Virus record (IMG/VR): IMGVR_UViG_3300026116_000002
Span: 10,888-74,887 of that record
Reading direction: 5' to 3' (one strand)
Length of the DNA stretch: 64,000 nt
From: a virus
Shown: piece by piece, positions 15,134 through 24,357 of the stretch
Position numbering within the stretch: the stretch's first letter is position 1
How the letters are laid out: every line of letters starts with the position of its first letter
Position numbers and translations under genes: made by a program
The notes under the pieces: model-generated
Told to the model about the DNA's origin: nothing
The model's database searches: none
Seen by the model: only the letters and a program-made list of their open reading frames with translations

Positions 15134-17479
15134 ATGCCTAGTGTGATCGAAAACGTAAAGAACGGGATCAAGTCAGCCTTTAGCCCAAAAGTACTGCCGT
15201 CGCTGACTGAAGGCACGATGAAGCTTGCCGATCCCGACAATGTATCGTCGATGATCGGCTATGGCGACCTGGATGAGCAGGAGCAGGCAAAGCTCCGTGG
15301 GTACCTCGCCGGGACCGAGGCTGGCATCAGCTTCAAAGACATGGCCGACGCGCTGATGGACCTTGGCGAAGAGTGGTACATGGAGTCGCGCCAGGGACGC
15401 TGGAAGCACCACGAGGACTTCTTCAGTGGGCTTGCGGCGTTCGCCGGTGAGTACAACCTGTATTGGAACCAGGAAGCTAACAGTGGCAACGGCATGATGC
15501 AGGGCTTTCCGAACGCGGAAGGCAACACGGACTTCGATGAGAAGTTCGCGCAGAAGTACGAGAACGTTTTTCGTGTCATGATCGAGCGGGCGCAGGCCCG
15601 CATCACGGCGGCTTACCCTGACGCGTGGGCCGCTCCGCTCAACGACACTGACAAGGACAAGCTCGCCGCGCAGGTGCTCCGCTCGATAAATGGGCACTGT
15701 TCCCGCGAGACAAACCGTGAGCAGTTGATGGAGGATATATGCCTCTACATGCTCATTACAACGACAACGTTCATCGAAGTTGGGTGGAACCCGAAGGCGT
15801 ACGCGGATTTAGGGATACCGCAGCCTGATGGCAGTGTGGAGTACCACCGGGAACAGATCGGAGATGTTGTCAATCGCCTCGTTATGGCGATCGACGCTTA
15901 CCCGGACCCGAATGCCGCGCTGAATGGCGGCGACATTCATGGCGGGGCGTACTTTATCAAGCGCCACCTGATGAATGTACAGGATGTCTCGGAGAAGTGG
16001 GGCAGGCCGGTTACACCCACCTCGCCGGGATCGACGTTCGGCTTCTTGCAGGCAAGGATGGAGTTGATCGCGGGGGATCACTCCCGCATATTGTCCAAGA
16101 TCAAGAACTCGACCGAGATCACTGAGGTTTGGAACAAACCCTCGAAGCAGTATCCCAGGGGTCGATTTTGGGTTTATAGCGCTGACCGCACGCTGCTTTG
16201 GGCCGGTGAGTGGCCGTACGAGAAGAACGATGAGTACCCGTTCGTCGAGTTCGGCTTCAAGAAGAATGCAGGCTCGGTGTGGGCGCTCAATATGGGGCGT
16301 GATCTACTGCCGACGCAGCGCACACTGAACCGTCTCGCGACCTACCTTGCGGCCCGCCTTGAGTGGGACAGACCAACGATTTTAGCGCCGAGCAACTGCG
16401 ATATTGCGCCGGATGATTTCCTCAATCCGACGCTCTACAAGGTAATAGCTTTTGAAGGCCCGAGCACCGGCGGGTCGATGCCGATCTATCAGCAGCCGCC
16501 GCAGCCGGGGGAGTTCTACTTCAAGTACGAGCAGTCGTTGCTTGCGAAGATGGAGATGCTGGCGGGCGTTCGTGACCTCAATGGCGACAACGCACAGCCG
16601 ATCAACAGTGGCATCGAGTACGGCCTGCGGCTCAAGACCGACAAGGAGCGCCTAGCGCCTGCGATCAAAATGATGGGGCGGGGCAGGGCCAAGCTGTATG
16701 AATGGGACGGCGCACTCTATCGACAGTTCGGAGCTTCGTTCCCGAGATTGCTTGGGATTGACGACATGGCGATCCCCGGCAAAGACCTTGAGGGGGCAGC
16801 GCCAACCGCCGCCACCAAGCTCGTGGACTTGCAGGCACTTAAAGACGGCAACACTCGCGTGTTCCTCGAAGCTGGATCGGGCGAAGCGAGACTGCCGGAA
16901 GCACAGGAAGCACAGCTACAGGAAGTCACGAAACTGCTCACTCAGGCGATGGCGCAGCCGGGAGGGGCAGCTATTGTCGAATGGTACCTCGGGCAGTCTC
17001 AGGCAATCCGCTCCGACCAAGAGACCGACCGCCTGGTAGTTGGTGTCAAGCAGCTTGTAGCCGAGCAGGCCGAGCGCGAGGCGCAGACTGCCATGAATGT
17101 CCAGCAAGCCAAGGGCGGGCAGTCTCAGCAGGCGCAGCAGGCCAAGCAGCAGGCAGACCTACAGGCGATGCAACTCAAGCACGAGCAGGATCAGGCCAAG
17201 GCCGCGATCGACGTGCATTCTCAGGCGCTTGTCGAGCAGTTCCGTGGACAGACGGACATGGCAGTGAACTCGCAGAAGTTCCAGCAGGCCATGATGCTCC
17301 TGCACACGAAGAACGCCGTTCCGTCCGTCACTCTCACTGGTACCCTCGACCCCGCAGGCGAGTCGAGCGCACAGGAGAAGGCGGGTCTCAGCGCTGGCGA
17401 CATGGACACGCTCAAGAAAATGCTTATCAAGCCTGCCCCGACGAAAGGAAGCTCTAATGGCTCGTCAGCCACGAAATAA
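15134..17479 (+). CDS. portal protein
   Basis: 781 aa downstream of terL; AYPDPNA..GAYFIKRH and YPFVEF motifs, Gln-rich coiled-coil C-terminus typical of P22-like portals. Confidence 0.85.
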   Translation: MPSVIENVKNGIKSAFSPKVLPSLTEGTMKLADPDNVSSMIGYGDLDEQEQAKLRGYLAGTEAGISFKDMADALMDLGEEWYMESRQGRWKHHEDFFSGLAAFAGEYNLYWNQEANSGNGMMQGFPNAEGNTDFDEKFAQKYENVFRVMIERAQARITAAYPDAWAAPLNDTDKDKLAAQVLRSINGHCSRETNREQLMEDICLYMLITTTTFIEVGWNPKAYADLGIPQPDGSVEYHREQIGDVVNRLVMAIDAYPDPNAALNGGDIHGGAYFIKRHLMNVQDVSEKWGRPVTPTSPGSTFGFLQARMELIAGDHSRILSKIKNSTEITEVWNKPSKQYPRGRFWVYSADRTLLWAGEWPYEKNDEYPFVEFGFKKNAGSVWALNMGRDLLPTQRTLNRLATYLAARLEWDRPTILAPSNCDIAPDDFLNPTLYKVIAFEGPSTGGSMPIYQQPPQPGEFYFKYEQSLLAKMEMLAGVRDLNGDNAQPINSGIEYGLRLKTDKERLAPAIKMMGRGRAKLYEWDGALYRQFGASFPRLLGIDDMAIPGKDLEGAAPTAATKLVDLQALKDGNTRVFLEAGSGEARLPEAQEAQLQEVTKLLTQAMAQPGGAAIVEWYLGQSQAIRSDQETDRLVVGVKQLVAEQAEREAQTAMNVQQAKGGQSQQAQQAKQQADLQAMQLKHEQDQAKAAIDVHSQALVEQFRGQTDMAVNSQKFQQAMMLLHTKNAVPSVTLTGTLDPAGESSAQEKAGLSAGDMDTLKKMLIKPAPTKGSSNGSSATK

Positions 17480-17786
17480 GGCAGCTAAACCGGCAAAGCC
17501 CACAAAGGTCAAGGCGATCATCGCGGTAGCGGTTAAGCCAAAGCCTCACGGCATGAGTCTCGCTGCCAAGCCCGAGCGCATTCCGCACCCGGCCATACCG
17601 GGCCGCGATGTCGCAGGGCGTATCATGCCCGGTGCAGCACTGCCGGGAGCCGCCCCGCCGTTCACGGCGCAGCCGCCCCGTATGCCGCCCGCGCCCGCAG
17701 TCAACTCTGCCGGTGCAGGCATGGGCAACATGCCATCCGGCCCGGTCTCAACCGGTATCCCGCCGTCTTTGCCGCCGAGGAGATAG
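17457..17786 (+). CDS. Pro/Lys-rich hypothetical protein
   Basis: AAGGA RBS; fills the gap between portal and next gene. Confidence 0.6.
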   Translation: MARQPRNKAAKPAKPTKVKAIIAVAVKPKPHGMSLAAKPERIPHPAIPGRDVAGRIMPGAALPGAAPPFTAQPPRMPPAPAVNSAGAGMGNMPSGPVSTGIPPSLPPRR

Positions 17787-17787
17787 C

Positions 17788-18231
17788 ATGGCCGATAACA
17801 ACAAAACCCTGCGAGATTATCTCGAAGCTCGCCGTGACAACTTTGCGCTAAAGACGATTATGGAAGCATGGGACAAGAAGGCACCGGGGTTTCTTGATGC
17901 CCCGCTTACTCGTACTGAAATGCTGTCTGACGGAGACTATCTACTAAGAGATGTCTTCGTGCCTAACGATGATCTTGAAGCCAACCTGACCGAGTGGGCA
18001 TCTAAGGTGCTCGATCATCCTGATATGGTCGAGTTCTTTACAAGTGACGAAAAATTCTTCGTCCGGATGCTTGGTAGCATGTGGGCCGAACGATCCGGCG
18101 ATGTAGTAATGGTGGATTTTGCGTTTTCGCTTCACAAGATGGGACTTAACTTCAAACAGGGTTATGGTTTGAGACAACCAGGCGAAGACGTTCCGGTGTT
18201 CGTTAGCGAACGCGAGTTGGCAAAGGTTTAA
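17788..18231 (+). CDS. hypothetical protein
   Basis: GAGGAG RBS before ATG 17788. Confidence 0.7.
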   Translation: MADNNKTLRDYLEARRDNFALKTIMEAWDKKAPGFLDAPLTRTEMLSDGDYLLRDVFVPNDDLEANLTEWASKVLDHPDMVEFFTSDEKFFVRMLGSMWAERSGDVVMVDFAFSLHKMGLNFKQGYGLRQPGEDVPVFVSERELAKV

Positions 18232-18237
18232 CAACAT

Positions 18238-19431
18238 ATGAAAATCAACGAGATAATCTTCTATCGCAGAAATGACGAAGGCGGCAGTGGAGGGACTGGT
18301 ATTCCCGCTGCGCCTGCGGTCACGGAAGCCCCGACAGGGAGTACCACCGACACTGGCATTCCGGCCTCGCTGCCGGTCTCCGAATCTGATGTCGCCGCGT
18401 CCACCGAGGAAGGTCAGTACAAGTTCAGCGTCAACGACGAAAAGACGATGGGCTATGACGACATTCCGATGCATGTGGATGACGATGAGGAAGCCGCTGC
18501 CGATGCTGCGACGGCGGCACCCGCCGCTGACGAAGAGGTAGTCGCTGACGACGCGACCGGCGAGGATGTAGTCACCGAGGAGCCTACTACTACGGCTCCG
18601 GTCGTATCTGAGGCCGCAGTCAAGGCGCTCAAAGCCGCCGCCGACGCCATGGGCATCACCGAGACCGACCCGGACAAGATGCTCGCCGCGATCGAGGCGC
18701 GTCAGGCCGAGGTTGCCGCAGAGCAGCAGCGGGTGCGGGAGACTGCCGAAGCTGCGTTTGAGCAGCAGGCGATCGTACGACTTCAGGACGCCGCCAATCA
18801 GGAAGTCATCGCGCTCATCAATCCGCTGGTGCGTGCGCAGCTTATTCAGGAAGACTTCCCTCTCGACGAAGCTCCTGACGGCTGGTGGGACACGGCTTCT
18901 CCAAATTATGACTCGGCCATGACGAGCCGGTACAACCAGATTTACAATGAATTGCGTGCGCAGCCTCGTTATCAGTCTGCGTACGACAATGCGTTCAAGG
19001 GCCATAAGGCGACGTACGAAGGTGAGAAGGCGGCGATTGCCGAGTTTGCCACCAAGTACCCGAACCATGCCGTTGAGCTAGTGAGCGATCTTCGTCAGGC
19101 CGGGGCTACTGTCGGCTTTATGGAGAGGATCGCGCACGTGACCGATCAAGCGGTCACCAAGGCTATCGCGATGTCACATTCCGCGATTGCCGCTAAAGAC
19201 GCCGAGCTTGAAACGCTCCGCGCACAAGTTACCGGCCATGCCGACGCCATTGCTAAAGCGAAGGCGGAAGGATTAGCTGAAGGGCGTAAAGCCGCACTCG
19301 TTTTGGCTAAGGGGGCGTCCGTTCCAAACACGGTCGGGGTGGGGGCCATCGCGCCCGCACCGTACAAGTACAACCCGAACCGTGAATTGACGTGGGACGA
19401 TATCCCGATAGCTCGTAAGGACAGCTTTTAA
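18238..19431 (+). CDS. capsid scaffolding protein
   Basis: Acidic Ala-rich coiled coil immediately upstream of the capsid gene. Confidence 0.7.
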   Translation: MKINEIIFYRRNDEGGSGGTGIPAAPAVTEAPTGSTTDTGIPASLPVSESDVAASTEEGQYKFSVNDEKTMGYDDIPMHVDDDEEAAADAATAAPAADEEVVADDATGEDVVTEEPTTTAPVVSEAAVKALKAAADAMGITETDPDKMLAAIEARQAEVAAEQQRVRETAEAAFEQQAIVRLQDAANQEVIALINPLVRAQLIQEDFPLDEAPDGWWDTASPNYDSAMTSRYNQIYNELRAQPRYQSAYDNAFKGHKATYEGEKAAIAEFATKYPNHAVELVSDLRQAGATVGFMERIAHVTDQAVTKAIAMSHSAIAAKDAELETLRAQVTGHADAIAKAKAEGLAEGRKAALVLAKGASVPNTVGVGAIAPAPYKYNPNRELTWDDIPIARKDSF

Positions 19432-19478
19432 CTAGCCGGTCAGGCGCTCGGCGCTAAACTGGCGGGAAGGTTTATCAT

Positions 19479-20576
19479 ATGGCAAGCACTTCAACATTGA
19501 CCGGGCCATTGTCATTTACGCAGTACATGCAGCGTATCAATGAGCCGCGCGTTACTACGTTCTGGGAAAGCTTCATCAAGCAGAAGTCGATCCCCACATA
19601 CCTGTCGATCCAGACCGAGGGGGCGCTCATTAAGCGCGGTCGCCGTGTCATCGACAAGCTCCCGAAGGTCACGGCCCTGCCGATTGGCGCGGAGCCGACC
19701 AATCCGTTCACGACCACCAGTCAGCCGTTCCAAGAGACGCTGATGCTGAACCGTGACAACAACGACATCGACCGGAACTTCCGCAAGGATAAGAACTACA
19801 TCGACAACGATCCGGTCATGATCGACATCAACCTGTACGTGCAAGCGAGAAATATGTTCGTCAACAACTATTTCTTCAACAACAGCACGTACCAGGGACC
19901 GACCTCCGACCCGAACGGCTTCATCGGTGTTCGCTATCGAGCGCTCGACGCCATCAACGGGAACACTGGCAACTACGGTGTTAACTCGGGATGCGTCTTT
20001 GCGGCGACCGGCAAGATCAACCAGTCGAATTGGTCCAGCACCAACGCGATTGCGATTGAGCGCGACTTCGACCGCATGTTCCAGCACATGGATGCCGAGA
20101 ACGGCGAAGGACTTGTCGCCTTCTGCTCGCCTCAGTTCATGTGGCTGTTCGACGCGATCCTGAAGTCGGCCAGCACCTCGGGCGGTCTCAAGATCACGGT
20201 CGACGCGTTCGACCGCAAAATCCGCAAGTACGGCGAGTGCGAGCTTGTTTCCTGTGGACTGCTCCCCCCGCTCGACGGCGGCTTGCAGACCGCGCCGAAC
20301 CTGTCGAGCGCTCAGGACATAAATGGGTGGCAGGCTGGTGACAACCTGTTCGTGCAGAACGGTAGCAACTACTACACCTCGGTCGTCTTCATCAGCAAGA
20401 ACCCGAAGAAGTTCACTTGCTGGCAGCAGGAAGACCCGTGGATGGAGCGAGAGCGCATCACCGGTACGCGCAAGATGCGGACCATGCTCGACCAGACCCT
20501 TGGTATCTTCATGGAAGACACAAGGGGAATGGGTATGCTTTACGGCATCCAGATCGACGGCCCGACTGCCGACTAA
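19479..20576 (+). CDS. major capsid protein
   Basis: 365 aa after scaffold; C-ending codon bias; DPNGFIGV motif; position. Confidence 0.8.
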   Translation: MASTSTLTGPLSFTQYMQRINEPRVTTFWESFIKQKSIPTYLSIQTEGALIKRGRRVIDKLPKVTALPIGAEPTNPFTTTSQPFQETLMLNRDNNDIDRNFRKDKNYIDNDPVMIDINLYVQARNMFVNNYFFNNSTYQGPTSDPNGFIGVRYRALDAINGNTGNYGVNSGCVFAATGKINQSNWSSTNAIAIERDFDRMFQHMDAENGEGLVAFCSPQFMWLFDAILKSASTSGGLKITVDAFDRKIRKYGECELVSCGLLPPLDGGLQTAPNLSSAQDINGWQAGDNLFVQNGSNYYTSVVFISKNPKKFTCWQQEDPWMERERITGTRKMRTMLDQTLGIFMEDTRGMGMLYGIQIDGPTAD

Positions 20577-20597
20577 CCCTATAGAAAGGAGTCAATC

Positions 20598-21080
20598 ATG
20601 TACGATAATGAAGTATTGATCAATCCGCAGACTATTACGTCGGCAACTTCAACGGGCACCCTGAGCTACACCAATACCGCTACTGGTGTCACTCAGGCGT
20701 TCCTCGATCATGGCGACGGTGGACCGGACACCAACTACTACCTGAACCTGGTTGCACTGTCGAGCAACTACATCGGCGGCAACCCGAACCTGATCTTTAA
20801 GGTTCAGCAGGCCGGTGACAATGGCAGTGGCGCTCCCGGCACATGGATCGACAGCACGCAGCAGCAGCAGCCTGCACTGAACACCCCTGGCATGATCGCG
20901 ATCGGCTGGAAGCAGGTGCATCGCTTTAGCCGCGTTGTGTGGACATGGCGCGGGGCGCTGGCATGGGGCCAAAGCGGCAACTCATCCAGTCTCTCGGCTC
21001 AGACGTTCTCGTCGAGCAGCAGCGGCGGCTTCGAGTTCCTGACCATACAGGGCGGTCTCACTCCGACCTATACGAACTAA
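20598..21080 (+). CDS. probable capsid decoration/cement protein with Ser-run insert
   Basis: AAGGAG RBS; directly after capsid gene and before terminator; beta-rich composition. Confidence 0.6.
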   Translation: MYDNEVLINPQTITSATSTGTLSYTNTATGVTQAFLDHGDGGPDTNYYLNLVALSSNYIGGNPNLIFKVQQAGDNGSGAPGTWIDSTQQQQPALNTPGMIAIGWKQVHRFSRVVWTWRGALAWGQSGNSSSLSAQTFSSSSSGGFEFLTIQGGLTPTYTN

Positions 21081-21100
21081 CCACTGTGCACCCCACGCAC

Positions 21101-21131
21101 AACCTCCCGGCACCCCTGCCGGGAGGTTTTT
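21101..21131 (+). terminator. intrinsic terminator
   Basis: AACCTCCCGGCA/TGCCGGGAGGTT stem plus T-run. Confidence 0.9.
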
Positions 21132-21141
21132 CTGTCACTCC

Positions 21142-21172
21142 TTGCTATTAAAACCGGTTTTTGGTGTATACT
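21142..21172 (+). promoter_or_regulatory. probable promoter for tRNA-like RNA and GT cluster
   Basis: TTGCTA...TATACT (19 nt spacer). Confidence 0.55.
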
Positions 21173-21185
21173 TGAGTTGTAATAT

Positions 21186-21355
21186 GCCGCATCGCCGCTA
21201 TGGGCGGGGTCAGAAGCAGGGAGCGGTTAGAGTCCGTAAGTCAGCCAGGGATGCGATTGATTACCAAGTCTCATGGCGAGCAGTGCACTAATCAAGCAAT
21301 GTGACGCATTTAGCGACTGCTTCTCGTGGGCTGGTTCGAATCCAGCCGTGTGGCC
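21186..21355 (+). ncRNA. tRNA-like RNA with large insertion in place of the anticodon loop
   Basis: Acceptor GCCGCAT/GTGTGGC, D-like CCGC/GCGG, AGAAGCAG/CTGCTTCT stem enclosing about 97 nt, T arm GCTGG-TTCGAAT-CCAGC. Confidence 0.7.
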
Positions 21356-21362
21356 TTAAACT

Positions 21363-22004
21363 ATGAAACCTCTATTTCTTCAGTACGCCAACAATGAAAT
21401 CCTCAAAGGCATGATCGAGGATCATGCCGAGCGCCACATTCACTACTGCGAACGTCATGACTACCATTACTTCCCCGTCATTCGCTTGGGCGAGCACTTC
21501 GATTGGTTTGATAAGATCAGGCTAATCTTGGAGGCTGTGAAGTCGGGCAATTATTCGCACGTGTTTTGGATCGATGCGGATTGCTTCGTAGTTGATGGGA
21601 CGCAGGATATGAGGGATACGCTGCCTTATTGGGCATCATATGCGTTCTGTATACACCCCAAACCATGGCAGGGCCAATCATTTCATTTTAACGCAGGTGT
21701 TCAGTACTATGATGCTGGGACCGATGCGAGAGATTTCCTTGGTGCAGTAAAAGGTATGGAAGGTCAGTGCACTGATGAGTATGATCAGACCGCTATTAAT
21801 GATCTATTGATACTTAATAACATAGGGTATCGTACGTGGCAAATGGGCTTGAGTATACTCCCCGACAAATGGAACTGCACGCTAGGCGTGCACGACCTGT
21901 CGCCGGATAACCCGCCAGTGCTCGCCGCGTTCCACGGCCACGAGTTCCCGGTGCGACGGCGCGAGGTCATGCGCGAGTGGGCGGAAAGGCTGCCGTATCG
22001 ATGA
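21363..22004 (+). CDS. GT-A glycosyltransferase (GT34/MNN10-like)
   Basis: WFDKIRLI, VFWIDAD (DxD), FNAGV, DQTAIN, KWN motifs. Confidence 0.8.
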   Translation: MKPLFLQYANNEILKGMIEDHAERHIHYCERHDYHYFPVIRLGEHFDWFDKIRLILEAVKSGNYSHVFWIDADCFVVDGTQDMRDTLPYWASYAFCIHPKPWQGQSFHFNAGVQYYDAGTDARDFLGAVKGMEGQCTDEYDQTAINDLLILNNIGYRTWQMGLSILPDKWNCTLGVHDLSPDNPPVLAAFHGHEFPVRRREVMREWAERLPYR

Positions 22005-22564
22005 TCGAGATCGACAAGTGCCACATCAGACTCATCGGCGCGATGCTCGGAGCGGCCAAGCCAAAGCAGATACTTGAGCTTGGATTTGGCACAGGGAGTA
22101 CCACAGTCGAAATACTTCAGCACTTGGGGGTTGCTAGTGATGGCAACGATCAAGACTATAAGTGCAAGCACACTTCCCTGACACTAGTCGACAACTGGCT
22201 CGATTTTGGCGGCGTGAAGCCTACGAACACTCAGAGGCTTCAGCTTTACGGAGTTAATGTCGTCACTTCCGACGAGAGCGAGTTCCTGAACTCGGTTGCC
22301 GACAACACTTACGACTTCTTGGTCAGCGATGCTGATCATCGAGGCGACTGGTGCGAGGAGCATTTCAGGGTGACGAAGCCGGGATCGTGGTGCTTCTTCC
22401 ATGACACCAATCAGCCGCATGTTTATCCCGGCCTAGCTCGTACGGTGCAGTACGTCAAGGATCGCGGTTGGACGCATTACCACTTTACGAAGTCGACACT
22501 GCCGGGGGAGGAATGTCATCGCGGCCTCCTGATGTGTTTAAACGAAAAGGACAGTAAACCTTGA
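22001..22564 (+). CDS. class I SAM-dependent methyltransferase (Methyltransf_24-like)
   Basis: ILELGFGTGST, YDFLVSDADH, KPGSWCFFHDT. Confidence 0.88.
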   Translation: MIEIDKCHIRLIGAMLGAAKPKQILELGFGTGSTTVEILQHLGVASDGNDQDYKCKHTSLTLVDNWLDFGGVKPTNTQRLQLYGVNVVTSDESEFLNSVADNTYDFLVSDADHRGDWCEEHFRVTKPGSWCFFHDTNQPHVYPGLARTVQYVKDRGWTHYHFTKSTLPGEECHRGLLMCLNEKDSKP

Positions 22565-23379
22565 AGGTGATCCCGGCAGAAGCTAAAATCGGCGTTGTCA
22601 TCGGCACGTATGCGTCAAAACCGTTCGTCGAGCTTGGGCTTGCGGCCTTGCAGTACAGCACTTGTGGTAGTGTATCGATATTGGTGCATGACGATGGAAG
22701 CGATGATTTTCCTGATATATCGCGGACGGCGAGGCGGTATGGGGCGGAAGCGTGTACCCCCGGTAGACGCATTGGCAAGCCGGGACAAAGCATGCTAGGT
22801 GACATGTCAGCCTTCGCTATGGGCCTCGAATGGGCGTCGGTCAACAATATCGATATACTCGTCAAGTTCTCTCGTCGCTGGATCGTAGCTCGTGACTGGG
22901 TGTCAGGGCTACAGGAACTCGCCCACAACACCCAGTACGCCACGTACAGCGCCACTGACATGATGTGCGGGCTTGGCTTCAGGGCTGAGTGCTGCGCCCT
23001 CCACGTGCCATCGTGGATGGAAAGTGGTGGCTATGACATGCTCAGGGCGCAGATTGCCACGGGCGAACAGCCGGTCCATGGCCTCGTCGGAGGCGCTGAG
23101 GGCTGGTATCACAATATCGTGCGACATGTCCACAAGTGGGCACATCCTGATCCTACAGACCGATTGGACTTGTGTGCCTACTCCGAAAGCCACTTTCCAA
23201 AATCAGTGACATGCGACAGCTACGGCTTTTGGCCGATGATGGGTCTGTCTCGGGCGCAGAAGCTCCCCGGCATCCTGTGGCATCACTCGTGCCCGATATC
23301 CGATTACGTCGCGCTGGCACAGTCGCTCGGCCTGTCGTATACTGAAGCTGACTTTGAGCTTAGTGGAGAGGCGCAATGA
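22561..23379 (+). CDS. GT2-like glycosyltransferase
   Basis: IGVVIGTY, ILVHDDGS; paralog of the 24354 C-terminal domain. Confidence 0.7.
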   Translation: MKVIPAEAKIGVVIGTYASKPFVELGLAALQYSTCGSVSILVHDDGSDDFPDISRTARRYGAEACTPGRRIGKPGQSMLGDMSAFAMGLEWASVNNIDILVKFSRRWIVARDWVSGLQELAHNTQYATYSATDMMCGLGFRAECCALHVPSWMESGGYDMLRAQIATGEQPVHGLVGGAEGWYHNIVRHVHKWAHPDPTDRLDLCAYSESHFPKSVTCDSYGFWPMMGLSRAQKLPGILWHHSCPISDYVALAQSLGLSYTEADFELSGEAQ

Positions 23380-23609
23380 ACGATACAAACGCATTAGTCC
23401 CTGTAGTCAAGAGTTACTATGAACAGTGGGAGATGCCAAGCTCCAAGCGTCCTCGTGGCCGACGCATCGAGGCAGTGGATCGGTATGTTTTCGGCTGGAG
23501 GGTTGCGTCGGAATTAATCAGTGTTGACGACTTCGTATCAGGCGGCGAAAAGTTTGATCGGCCATTCACAATGATAGGGTTTAATAAGGCTGATAATGAC
23601 CACATTTAA
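23376..23609 (+). CDS. hypothetical protein
   Basis: Overlaps both neighbours. Confidence 0.55.
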   Translation: MNDTNALVPVVKSYYEQWEMPSSKRPRGRRIEAVDRYVFGWRVASELISVDDFVSGGEKFDRPFTMIGFNKADNDHI

Positions 23610-24357
23610 GACATTCGGCCACCTTGGAGACATGTTCTGCCTCACCTCTGCCGCGCACACCTACGCTCGCCTGACCAAGCTGCCGACGTACATCGACGAT
23701 AGTTCGTGGGGTCACGAGATCGCGGCCATGTATGACGACGGGCTGCTCAAGATCGGCAGCGATGGCGACGAGTTTGACATGCATGGCGTGATGGCGCTGC
23801 ATCGCAGTCCCGAAGGCGTCATGCCGAACTACCTCGGGTGCTACCAGTACCACATTCTCAAGGATGTGCCAAAGCTGCTCGGAACCACCATGGAGAAGTT
23901 CGGCAAGCTGATAGACGGCTTCGAGCCGCCGCCTCAAGGGCCGAACTCAGGCCGCTACTTGATCCAGCCTTATTCGCGCAATGCGCCGAACCCGCCTGAG
24001 CGAGCACTGCAAGAGATCGTTGACGGGTTTCACCTGTGGATGCCGGATAAGCCACTGTATGCGATCGGCAGGACGGACACCCCGCGAGCGCTCAAAGGTG
24101 TCGACTACTCGATGCTTGAGGACAGTGCGGCGGCGTTCGTGAAGAACGTCGCGGAGGCTAAGATGGTGTTCACGCCTCACAGTGCGGCGGCTCACATCGC
24201 GGCGGCGTACAACACGCAGGCGTTTGTCTGGTGCCCCGACTGGGACGAGAACTGGCAACTCAGCTATCCCGGATGGGACGCTGAGTTTATTACGTTTCAC
24301 GACAAGGCGAGCGATCTAATACTGCCGCCGAACAATGGAAGGATTGCGAGCGCATGA
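23596..24357 (+). CDS. GT9 (heptosyltransferase)-like glycosyltransferase
   Basis: GHLGDMFC, LIQPYS, FTPHSAAAHIAAAYNTQ. Confidence 0.75.
   Translation: MTTFKTFGHLGDMFCLTSAAHTYARLTKLPTYIDDSSWGHEIAAMYDDGLLKIGSDGDEFDMHGVMALHRSPEGVMPNYLGCYQYHILKDVPKLLGTTMEKFGKLIDGFEPPPQGPNSGRYLIQPYSRNAPNPPERALQEIVDGFHLWMPDKPLYAIGRTDTPRALKGVDYSMLEDSAAAFVKNVAEAKMVFTPHSAAAHIAAAYNTQAFVWCPDWDENWQLSYPGWDAEFITFHDKASDLILPPNNGRIASA

Noticed and set aside
17944-19068. 374-aa minus-strand ORF
   Set aside because: Antisense shadow of the scaffold gene caused by codon bias; no motif or RBS. The same applies to 19512-20087, 32390-33142 and 39339-40286
21186-21355. Canonical tRNA or tmRNA
   Set aside because: No 7-nt anticodon loop, no CCA, too short for tmRNA and no tag ending in hydrophobic-AA; kept as tRNA-like ncRNA
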